This document shows, one piece after another, positions 51,101-59,743 of a DNA stretch of 64,000 nucleotides (its first letter is position 1; every line of letters starts with the position of its first letter). The notes under the pieces are model-generated. The model did not search any database, was not told the origin of the DNA, and saw only the letters and a list, made by a program, of their open reading frames with translations. Both the position numbers and the translations under genes were made by a program. The DNA comes from Candidatus Poribacteria bacterium. GTDB taxonomy: Bacteria; Poribacteria; WGA-4E; WGA-3G. Location of the stretch: positions 4,192,001 through 4,256,000 of the forward strand of contig OZ240248.1 in the NCBI GenBank assembly GCA_965198235.1, written 5' to 3'.

Positions 51101-52294
51101 TTACTCCGACAAACCCTCCAACTCGGCGTACTGATGCAACAAATCTGTATCAACTACTTTTATTTTGCCGTTGTGCTCCTCTGCCAAAGACACCAATAAT
51201 TTTGCAGCAGGAGAACGTTTCGGATCAACCTCAAGGGCAACCACATAGATAATAGCGTTGTTGACGTTCTTTTCCCGCACTGTTTCAAGAATAATGTCTT
51301 TATCTTCTTCAATATCGGACCCAGGAGCCGCGGCAGGAAGTCCGTCTGTTATCAAAACAATAACAGATGGATCCAATGTTAGCGCGACTTTAAGCGCAGC
51401 AAGAATATTTGTTCCAGCCCCTTGTTGGCTGTTCAATTTATCAAGATACTTCAGGGTGCGTTTTATATTTGAGGCATTCGCTGGTAGCATTTTCTTGCTC
51501 ATCGCTCTCGCCTGAGTAGAAAACGTTACAAGGTTTAGAGTATCCTCGCCTCCAAGCATCAGCACAGAATCGCTGAGAGAATTGACAGCAAGAAACAACT
51601 TTTTCAGTCCTGCAGCCTGCATGCTTGCGGACACATCAAGACAGTAGACGACATCTTTGGGTCCCCCGAATTCATCAAGGAAATCGATGATGCCGAGTCG
51701 GTCTGCGATACCGCTACTTCCGCCACCACCAAGGAGTCCACCGTCCGAGCCATCTTGTCCACCCCCACGGAATCTACCCATACCGTCGCCGCGTGCTCGA
51801 ACCCTACCGGTAACAATACCGCGTCCATCCGTCCGCCCGGGTTGTGAAATAAGTCTGCTGAGGTTTGAGGCTTCCGCATCCCGTAATTGTGCATCCGTCA
51901 TAACATCTGGAATAACCTCACTCAAAGGTGCCTTGTTGACCTCTACGTCTTCGAGAACAACGCGTGGACTGAGTTTCATGACTTCATCCATCTTATTCCG
52001 AGCGGTTTCAATCTTCTTCTTCATCGCGTCTCTGGCGAGCTGCTGGCTGGGATCATACATCTTTTTGGTGAGTGGTGGCTTCGGTTTCGGTTTCCGCTTT
52101 CTGGGCGCATCTGCATCGTTAATCAAGTCAACTGCGAGCGCATCCGCCTGTTCATGGCTGAGTCGATTTATTGGGAGAAAAAGGTAGGTGATAACGAAAA
52201 TCATGTGTAAAATAAGCGATAACAAGACGACAGAGCGTACACGGTTTCTACGTCGTCGGGCATCAATGCCCCAATTCAGCAATTGATTTAACAT
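51101..52294 (-). CDS. Membrane-anchored VWA domain protein
   Basis: TM SLILH, Pro/Lys and Gly-rich linker, MIDAS DVSASM, GTN and ITDG. Confidence 0.85.
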   Translation of the reverse strand: MLNQLLNWGIDARRRRNRVRSVVLLSLILHMIFVITYLFLPINRLSHEQADALAVDLINDADAPRKRKPKPKPPLTKKMYDPSQQLARDAMKKKIETARNKMDEVMKLSPRVVLEDVEVNKAPLSEVIPDVMTDAQLRDAEASNLSRLISQPGRTDGRGIVTGRVRARGDGMGRFRGGGQDGSDGGLLGGGGSSGIADRLGIIDFLDEFGGPKDVVYCLDVSASMQAAGLKKLFLAVNSLSDSVLMLGGEDTLNLVTFSTQARAMSKKMLPANASNIKRTLKYLDKLNSQQGAGTNILAALKVALTLDPSVIVLITDGLPAAAPGSDIEEDKDIILETVREKNVNNAIIYVVALEVDPKRSPAAKLLVSLAEEHNGKIKVVDTDLLHQYAELEGLSE

Positions 52295-52383
52295 GATGAA
52301 TTCCTCCGCGTTACGTTTCTCTTTTTGTTGTATGTTTTGAAATTATAGTTTTGTAAGTAACATGTTTTGGGATTTCTGTGTGC

Positions 52384-52902
52384 CTACGTTCCTGACGCAG
52401 TTTGCTGATTTTCAAAAGCCTGAATCCACGTTCTGCCTTCAGGGGTCAGTTCATAATAGGTATGATTTCGGTGTTTAATCCATTTCCCCTTGACGATATT
52501 TTTTCGATAGTGGATGATACGCCCTTCAACCCGTTTCAAACCACCGAGATCCCTCAATTTGCGATGTCGCTGGTGCATCTCTTCAAGCGGAATTCTCAAG
52601 GTTTCAGCGACAACAATAGAATAGTCCATTCCCAATTCTTGATGGTGTTTCAGTATAAAGTAATCGGTCTCATCAAGTTCAGCAAACTCAGGTGGAAGTG
52701 CAACTGAATCCGCTGGAGTTTCGGTTGTCCGAATCTCATCCCACGCGACTGCCAATAACCGCTCCGGGCGCAAGCTTTGTACTGCTCTACAAGTGGTGCG
52801 ATGGACAGTTATCGTACTGTCTTCCTTGAAATAGCCGGTAATGGAGTCCCCTTCTTGAGGTACACAGCACTTCGCGATTTTATAGGTGAGTTCATCTGCC
52901 AT
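52384..52902 (-). CDS. RelA/SpoT zinc-finger (RIS)-like domain fused to a DUF2250-like winged-helix domain
   Basis: AKCC.P..GD.ITGY.....ITVHR..C and KHRNHTYYELT.EG. Confidence 0.7.
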   Translation of the reverse strand: MADELTYKIAKCCVPQEGDSITGYFKEDSTITVHRTTCRAVQSLRPERLLAVAWDEIRTTETPADSVALPPEFAELDETDYFILKHHQELGMDYSIVVAETLRIPLEEMHQRHRKLRDLGGLKRVEGRIIHYRKNIVKGKWIKHRNHTYYELTPEGRTWIQAFENQQTASGT

Positions 52903-52930
52903 ATCCGTGTTCCGTTACAATGCCTTATCT

Positions 52931-53210
52931 TAGCCCAAGTTGCCAACTAAAAAGTTGTGGGTACTCAAGCACAATTTGTACTGAAAATTCACGCGTGTTT
53001 TCAAAGATACACATGTCGCCCCTCTGGGGCTTTATCGGTTGGTGGCACGCATGTTCTACACACATGTCGCCCCTCTGGGGCTTTTAGCCATCGAAACCAC
53101 CTTGATTTTCCTATGACCGCCGGATATCCGACAAACTCTAAATGCTATTTGAAAAAACTAAAGATGCAATGGAAACAATATTCTTTATTTTACAGTGGCA
53201 ACTTAGGTTA
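52931..53210. mobile_element. 280-bp MITE-like element enclosing two direct REP-like repeats
   Basis: Ends TAGCCCAAGTTGCCA / TGGCAACTTAGGTTA (2 mismatches), with ACACATGTCGCCCCTCTGGGGCTTT at 53009-53033 and 53060-53084. Confidence 0.75.
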
Positions 53211-53220
53211 TATTAGTGCC

Positions 53221-54495
53221 TCAACCCCGTCCTAATGCCCGATATCCGATGTCGTTCCGCGCGTGTGCATTATCAAAATGAATAGCGGAAACACCTTTAT
53301 ATGCCTGTTGAATCGCATCGTGCAACCCGTCGGCAACAGCAGTGACACCCAACACTCTACCGCCATCCGTGACAACGGTTTCACCATTCTGCTTTGTGCC
53401 CGCATGAAAGACGGTAACGCCTTCAATCGCATCGGCATCTTCAAGCCCTGTGATAACTATCCCTGTCTGGTAGGGGTCTGGATACCCACCCGAAGCCATA
53501 ACGACACACGCTGCTGCCTCGTTATGCCATTGCACGTCAGCGTGCTGTTCAAGTGTTCCATCAATACATGCGATTAGCAAAGGGACTAAATCACTTTTGA
53601 GGCGCGGCAAGAGGACCTGCGTCTCCGGATCACCAAAGCGACAGTTGAACTCCAGTACCTTCGGACCGGCATCCGTAATCATCAATCCAACATACAGTAC
53701 ACCCTTGAATGAACTTCCAATATCCGCCATACCGTTGACGGTAGGGTAAACGACGCTCGCCATCACATAGTCGTGCAATTCTGGTGTGATCACTGGCGCA
53801 GGAGAGTATGCTCCCATCCCCCCGGTGTTCTTGCCAGTATCACCATCGTGTGACATCTTGTGATCCTGAGAACTGACAAAAGGGAGACAGTAGGTGCCAT
53901 CGGTAAGCACGGTGAAGGAGGCTTCTTCGCCGATGAGCTCCTCTTCAATAACAACACTATCGCCAGCCTCACCGAATGCCTTATCCACCAGAATCGTTCT
54001 GACAGCCTGCGTCGCTTCTGCGACGGTGCGTCCCGGAATAACGCCCTTGCCTGCAGCGAGTCCGTTCGCTTTGACGAAAACAGGGGCATCGTGAGTTTCG
54101 ATATAGGTTATCGCCTCATCCGCGCCCACAAATGTGCGGTGTGCTGCCGTCGGTATGTCGTTTTTTACCATCAGTTGCTTGGCAAAATCCTTACTCGCTT
54201 CGAGGCGCGCTGCACGCTTATCGGGTCCAAATGCCTTCAACCCGCGTTCGTGAAACGCATCGACAATTCCCTCAGCCAACGGAACTTCGGGTCCGACAAC
54301 GGTTAACGCAATGCTTTGGGACTCCGCCCAATCCGCCAAGTCAGTAAACCGATCCGGCATCGGGATAGATTCTGAGATTTGCGCGATGCCAGCATTACCG
54401 GGCGTGCAATAGATTTTTTTGACGAGTGGGCTCTGTGCAAGCTTCCAGACGAGCGCATGTTCGCGTCCACCTTGCCCAACAACCAGAATTTTCAT
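53221..54495 (-). CDS. purD: Phosphoribosylamine-glycine ligase
   Basis: [39 protein letters not shown] and GGRVL. Confidence 0.97.
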   Translation of the reverse strand: MKILVVGQGGREHALVWKLAQSPLVKKIYCTPGNAGIAQISESIPMPDRFTDLADWAESQSIALTVVGPEVPLAEGIVDAFHERGLKAFGPDKRAARLEASKDFAKQLMVKNDIPTAAHRTFVGADEAITYIETHDAPVFVKANGLAAGKGVIPGRTVAEATQAVRTILVDKAFGEAGDSVVIEEELIGEEASFTVLTDGTYCLPFVSSQDHKMSHDGDTGKNTGGMGAYSPAPVITPELHDYVMASVVYPTVNGMADIGSSFKGVLYVGLMITDAGPKVLEFNCRFGDPETQVLLPRLKSDLVPLLIACIDGTLEQHADVQWHNEAAACVVMASGGYPDPYQTGIVITGLEDADAIEGVTVFHAGTKQNGETVVTDGGRVLGVTAVADGLHDAIQQAYKGVSAIHFDNAHARNDIGYRALGRG

Positions 54496-54564
54496 ACTAT
54501 ATATCCTTTTTGACTGTATTATACCAGAATGTGTTCGGAAAATCAAGCGTTTCCAGTTAATTTG

Positions 54565-54708
54565 CAGAGCCATTCAGTTTTCGGTTTTTGCCGGTTTTAG
54601 AGAAAGATTCGCGACCGGGAGGTCGCTCCTACAGAAAAGGGAGTGTTTTTGCTTGGGTGTTTCCCCAGGAATCGGAGATCCCTCCTACAGGAGAATTGAA
54701 TGACTCTG
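54565..54708. mobile_element. 144-bp MITE, CAGAGCCATTCA family, 9-bp TSD
   Basis: Ends CAGAGCCATTCA / TGAATGACTCTG, with GTTAATTTG duplicated at 54556-54564 and 54709-54717. Confidence 0.9.
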
Positions 54709-54780
54709 GTTAATTTGTCAGAGATATTCAATTTTAAGAAATTATCGGATTTTACTATAAATGTTCCGAAGGAAGACGAC

Positions 54781-54866
54781 CTTTCACGGAGGCTTCACGG
54801 AGGTTTTTACCGACGTAGGCGTGACGTGGGTTTCTAAGATGCAATATGCTGTCTCTCCGTGAAAAA
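54781..54866. repeat. 86-bp dispersed repeat, copy 2
   Basis: Matches 49651-49736. Confidence 0.85.
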
Positions 54867-55016
54867 ACGAATGTGAAAATATAATTAACGTATCGTATCA
54901 ATGTTTTCACTATAACTTGACAAAGTGTGCATGACCTGTTATACTAACCGCTGTTTGACTTACGGCGCAGACGGACCATATTGGAGCATATTCTATGGCG
55001 ACAGGAGGAATACTTT

Positions 55017-55685
55017 ATGCGCTATCTGCGAGGCATCATTACATGGATTGATTCATTGGAATCCGGCAGACAATTTCGGAGTTGGGCTGCAATTCTCGTC
55101 ATAATCCTTGGAGTGGTAATCTTAGTAAGTCTCAGTGTAGCGAGTATTGTAACTTGCGTTAATACCATAGCAGCGAGCAAAGATTCGGATATGATTTCAT
55201 CGATTCTTGTCGTCATTGGATCAATCCTGGAAGTTTGCATTGTCATCACCATTGCCATAGTCCTCGCCATGCTGTTTTGGAACAGATCCAATAAAATAAG
55301 AACACTTGATAATGATCCGCAGTTTATTTTAATATCCATTGCGGTTATTATGGTCCAACTGCTTGGCGAAGCAAGTTTCTTCGGACTCATCGGAACGGGT
55401 GTTCAGTCGCTGGTGGCTTCAATATTCGGATCCGGGCTTCCGAAACTATTAACTTTTTTACTGTACGACCGTGGGTTACTGGGTCCTTTACCGCACGACC
55501 TTGGAGAAACCCCGAACCTTATCTCAGGTGTGATTATGTGTGTGATCTGTGTTCTCTCTGGACCAGTGCTATTGATTATCGCTTACTTCATAGCAGAAGA
55601 GATCAACGTCTTTGCAAATATAGCGGAGAGTCTCAATAATATAGAGACGAAGTTGGTGGCTGAGGAACCTGCTTCAGATAGTTGA
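55017..55685 (+). CDS. Hypothetical four-TM membrane protein
   Basis: AGGAGG RBS, four hydrophobic segments and C-terminal AE.I.VF..IAESL..IE. Confidence 0.7.
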   Translation: MRYLRGIITWIDSLESGRQFRSWAAILVIILGVVILVSLSVASIVTCVNTIAASKDSDMISSILVVIGSILEVCIVITIAIVLAMLFWNRSNKIRTLDNDPQFILISIAVIMVQLLGEASFFGLIGTGVQSLVASIFGSGLPKLLTFLLYDRGLLGPLPHDLGETPNLISGVIMCVICVLSGPVLLIIAYFIAEEINVFANIAESLNNIETKLVAEEPASDS

Positions 55686-55745
55686 CATACTCCCCTCGCT
55701 AAAGCGTGGGATCCTAACAGTAGATTGATAACGGAGGAATTGCTA

Positions 55746-57752
55746 ATGGCTGAACAACACCACGAACTCGCCCACGTTTTTACTGAGGCTTCGCAAGGCG
55801 TTAACGACGCACGCGGTGGCACTTCACGTGATCTCAACACACCCTATACTTTTCCGGGCTATACCAAAGCGGAATGGACCGAAAAAGCTGCGGCATTACG
55901 TCAGCAGATTCGCGTTGCGAACGGCTTAGTGCCGATGCACGAACCGACACCGCTAAATGCCGAGGTTTTCGGGAAAATCGAGCGCGAAGATTACAGTGTC
56001 GAAAAAGTCTATTTTGAACCCTTCCCCGGCTTCTTCACAACGGGAAATCTTTATCGACCCCTGGGGAAATCCGGTCGGTTTCCGGGGATTGTAAGTCCGC
56101 ATGGGCATTGGAGTCGCGGTAGACTGGAGAATATCGAGCGTGGTTCAATCCCGGGACGCTGTATTAATTTCGCAAAACAGGGGTACGTCATTTTCGCCTA
56201 CGATATGCTCGGCCATAACGACAGTGGTAAACAGATAGCGCACGGTTACGGCGGTGCACACGAAGGACTGTGGGGACTCAGCGCGATGGGACTTCAACTC
56301 CAGAATAGTATCCGTACCATCGACTTTTTAGAGAGTCTGCCAGATGTAGACAACGAACGTATCGGGTGTACAGGCGCGTCGGGCGGTGGCACACAAGCTT
56401 TTATATTGACGGCGGTTGATGAACGCATTAAGGTCTCGGCACCTGTCAATATGATCTCAGCCACGATGCAAGGCGGATGCATCTGTGAAAATGCCCCGAA
56501 CCTCCGTTTAGATGCAAGCAACATTGAAATCGGCGCGCTGATGGCACCGCGTCCACTCCTACTCGTGTCCGCGACAGGGGACTGGACGGTGAAGACCCCC
56601 ACGGTTGAATATCCAGCCATCCGAAGCATCTATGCCCACTTTGAGGCGGAGGACAAAGTGCATCAGGTTCAAGTAGACGCAGAGCATAATTACAACCAAG
56701 AAAGCCGTGAGGCGGTCTACGCATGGTTCGCTAAATGGTTTTTGGGAGCCGAAGACCTTTCAGCATTTAAAGAGGTGGCATATCAGGTTGAACCAGATGA
56801 GGCACTGTTGGTTTTCTCGGAACGCGATATACCACCGCACGCCATGAAACAGGACGAGTTTCTACCGGCTTGGGCAAACAGTTCCCAACAAGCGATTGAA
56901 AGATTGAAGCCAACGAATGAAGCAGAACTCCAGACATTTCGCGAAGAAATGGGTAGTGGGTTACAACATGCACTCGGGTTACACATCCCGAAAAACACGG
57001 ACGTAACGCTTGTTGAACCAGAAGGCGCATTTCCGACGACTTATCATACAAATTTGTCCGCCAGACACCTTGTCATCGGTAGAAACGGTATGGGGGACGC
57101 TATCCCTGCTCTCCTATTTAGTCCAGAGCCCCAAGTAGGACACGATCCGGTAACACTCATTGTTCATCCAGAGGGTAAGGAAAAGTTAATCAATTCGGAG
57201 ACAGGGGAACCGTCTTCGCTCATCACCGACTTACTCGGTGCTGACCAGAAAGTGCTGATCATCGATGTTTTTGGGACGGGTGAGCATAGCGATTATGAGA
57301 GATCGGAAGATACCAACTACTTCACCACCTATAATCGAACAACAGCAGCGTTACGCGTGCAAGATATCGTAACAGCACTGCACTACTTCACAAACAGAGG
57401 CGATGTCTCAGAGGTGAGCCTGATCGGGATAGGGGAAGCGGGATTGTGGAGTTTGCTGGCGGCGGGATTTACGGATGTCAAAAACGTTGTTGTGGATGCG
57501 ACACAATACGCCCTCGACAGCGACGCGGCTTTCTTAGAAACTTTACCGATACCGAGCATCCGTCGAGTCGGCGATCTCCGAACAGCTGGAACACTTGTTG
57601 CACCCCGCCGGCTGATTATCCACAACACCGGTGGTGTGTTTGATACGGGATGGATTGCTGAGGTTTACGGAAATATCGGGGCAAGCCAGGACTTACTTGT
57701 CGAAAAAGATAAGTTGTCTGATGAAGATATAGTCACACAGGTAATTGGGTAG
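55746..57752 (+). CDS. Acetylxylan esterase-like tandem alpha/beta hydrolase
   Basis: SPHGHW, nucleophile GASGGG, GGC.CE, APRPLL and HNY. Second degenerate hydrolase domain (GIGEAG). Confidence 0.8.
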   Translation: MAEQHHELAHVFTEASQGVNDARGGTSRDLNTPYTFPGYTKAEWTEKAAALRQQIRVANGLVPMHEPTPLNAEVFGKIEREDYSVEKVYFEPFPGFFTTGNLYRPLGKSGRFPGIVSPHGHWSRGRLENIERGSIPGRCINFAKQGYVIFAYDMLGHNDSGKQIAHGYGGAHEGLWGLSAMGLQLQNSIRTIDFLESLPDVDNERIGCTGASGGGTQAFILTAVDERIKVSAPVNMISATMQGGCICENAPNLRLDASNIEIGALMAPRPLLLVSATGDWTVKTPTVEYPAIRSIYAHFEAEDKVHQVQVDAEHNYNQESREAVYAWFAKWFLGAEDLSAFKEVAYQVEPDEALLVFSERDIPPHAMKQDEFLPAWANSSQQAIERLKPTNEAELQTFREEMGSGLQHALGLHIPKNTDVTLVEPEGAFPTTYHTNLSARHLVIGRNGMGDAIPALLFSPEPQVGHDPVTLIVHPEGKEKLINSETGEPSSLITDLLGADQKVLIIDVFGTGEHSDYERSEDTNYFTTYNRTTAALRVQDIVTALHYFTNRGDVSEVSLIGIGEAGLWSLLAAGFTDVKNVVVDATQYALDSDAAFLETLPIPSIRRVGDLRTAGTLVAPRRLIIHNTGGVFDTGWIAEVYGNIGASQDLLVEKDKLSDEDIVTQVIG

Positions 57753-57793
57753 ACTTTGCAATATGGGTTTGCAAGCTGCGTCCTAAAAAAATT

Positions 57794-57819
57794 GGGCGGA
57801 CACCACGGTCCGCCCTTAC
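57794..57819 (-). repeat. REP-like hairpin between convergent genes
   Basis: GGGCGGAC-accacg-GTCCGCCC-TTAC. Confidence 0.5.
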
Positions 57820-57867
57820 ATTTGTACGCGCGGTTTGTAACCACGCAAAATCACAAAGTAGATGCCT

Positions 57868-59241
57868 CTATGAGAGGTTGTATCCACGTTCGTTGTGTTG
57901 CGACAGGTCAAGCCCCGTCTGTTCCTCATCCTCTTCAACGCGTAAGCCGACTGTGGCATCCACAATTTTGAGGATGATAAACGAAAGCACACCACTCCAG
58001 ACAATCGTAATGATGATACTGAGGAACTGCGCCCAAACCTGTTTACCTATTGTCATACCTTCAACCAATCCGACACCACCTAAGCCCTTAGCGACAAAAA
58101 TGCCGGTCAACAAGGCACCGACAATTCCACCGATACCGTGAACACCGAATGCATCCAGGGAATCGTCATAGCCGAGTTGCGCCTTCAGGCTGGTAGCCCC
58201 CCAGAAACAGACAACGCCGGAGACGATGCCGATAACAAGCGCGCCAATCGGTCCGACAAAGCCTGAGGCAGGGGTAATCGCAACCAATCCAGCCACCGCT
58301 CCTGTTACGATGCCCAAAGCACTCGGTTTGCCGTGTTTCGCCCATTCAACGAACATCCACGCAATCGCGGCGGTGGCAGTTGAAATCTGGGTAACGAGCA
58401 TTGCCATGCCAGCGGCACCATCAGCAGCAACAGCACTACCAGCATTAAAGCCGAACCAACCCACCCAGAGCATCGAAGCACCAACGACGGTGAGTGTCAA
58501 ACTGTGTGGCGGCATCGCCGTTATTTGGTAACCGAGCCGTTTTCCGACTAAGATGGCAGCAACCAACGCCGCGATACCTGCGTTAATATGCACAACGGTT
58601 CCCCCCGCGAAATCAAGCCCACCGATAATATCACCAAATAACGAACCGTCACCTGACCATGCCATATGGCATATAGGAGCATAGACAATTAACGACCAGA
58701 GTACGGAGAAGATTAGCATCGCCGAGAACTTCATCCGCTCCGCGAATGCACCAGCGATGAGTGCGGGTGTGATGATCGCAAATGTCAACTGGAAGGTAAT
58801 AAAAACGGTTTCGGGGATAGTCCCAGAGAGGGTGTCCACGCCGATACCACGTAAAAACATGGTCCCGAGTCCGCCGACAAAAGAAGTGAGCGTCAATTTC
58901 CCCGCCTCCATGCCAGCGGTATTAAAAGCGAGACTATAGCCACAAATAATCCACACGATAGTAATCAACCCTGTCAATGCAAAACATTGCATAAGCACAG
59001 AGAGTACATTTTGGACACGCACGAGTCCGCCATAGAAAAGCGCAAGCCCAGGAATCGTCATAAATAGCACCAGGGCAGTGGCAGTAAGCATCCAAGCGGT
59101 GTCGCCTGAATCAGGGGCAGTCGCCTCTTGTGCCATCGCCAAACTCGGCACGCCACACAGCAATAAAATAACAATTAGCGTTCTAATTCGTGTATAACCA
59201 GATCGCTCCTTTACAGATTGCGATGCACATCGTTGTTGCAT
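57868..59241 (-). CDS. amt: Ammonium transporter (AmtB-like)
   Basis: PGLALFYGGLV, DFAGGTVVH, WFGFNAGS and DDSLDAFGVHG. GGAGG RBS. Confidence 0.95.
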   Translation of the reverse strand: MQQRCASQSVKERSGYTRIRTLIVILLLCGVPSLAMAQEATAPDSGDTAWMLTATALVLFMTIPGLALFYGGLVRVQNVLSVLMQCFALTGLITIVWIICGYSLAFNTAGMEAGKLTLTSFVGGLGTMFLRGIGVDTLSGTIPETVFITFQLTFAIITPALIAGAFAERMKFSAMLIFSVLWSLIVYAPICHMAWSGDGSLFGDIIGGLDFAGGTVVHINAGIAALVAAILVGKRLGYQITAMPPHSLTLTVVGASMLWVGWFGFNAGSAVAADGAAGMAMLVTQISTATAAIAWMFVEWAKHGKPSALGIVTGAVAGLVAITPASGFVGPIGALVIGIVSGVVCFWGATSLKAQLGYDDSLDAFGVHGIGGIVGALLTGIFVAKGLGGVGLVEGMTIGKQVWAQFLSIIITIVWSGVLSFIILKIVDATVGLRVEEDEEQTGLDLSQHNERGYNLS

Positions 59242-59436
59242 CTGTATCCTCCATAATATTTACAAGCAAGGGTCGCTTGTTTTGTTGTTTCTGTACAGTA
59301 GACAACTTCGTCTACCTCTTCAATTTTTGTAGGGACAGGTACTTGTGTCCTACTAACCGTTTCCTGAAAGAGAGCCTAATTCCCAGAAGATATTGATTCA
59401 GCATTTTAGCAGAATCTCATAATAGTATCAAGCGTT

Positions 59437-59606
59437 TTTTAATTTTACCTTGCGGTTAAAGAGCGTTCGCTTAGCAATGGACATGCGTTTCTTAAATCCG
59501 TCCTCATAGCGCAAGCCTATAGAGGCTTGCGGGACAATGTTACGGACTACATGCTCTTCTTAATCCCGCTTCTAAACCCTCACTTTTAATTTTACCTTGC
59601 GGTTAA
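59437..59606 (-). repeat. Direct pair of TTTTAATTTTACCTTGCGGTTAA around a palindrome
   Basis: Identical 23-mers at 59437-59459 and 59584-59606, with CGCAAGCCT/AGGCTTGCG inside. Confidence 0.75.
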
Positions 59607-59743
59607 GTGGTAAATAGAAAAAAAGTGGAACGTCCACAAAACGTGAAGTAAAACTCAGGGATATAAGTGAAACTTCGTGTGGACGTCCCTATTAGGTTAT
59701 CAGTCCCCGTCCTGTGTGGATCGAAGACTAAACCGAAACATAT

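Noticed and set aside
53009-53084. Two 25-bp direct repeats with a 26-bp spacer as a mini-CRISPR
   Set aside because: Only two units, no cas genes, REP-like palindrome, and enclosed by TIRs.
52957-53235. 92-aa ORF with duplicated TCRPSGA
   Set aside because: Translation of the REP direct repeats inside the MITE.
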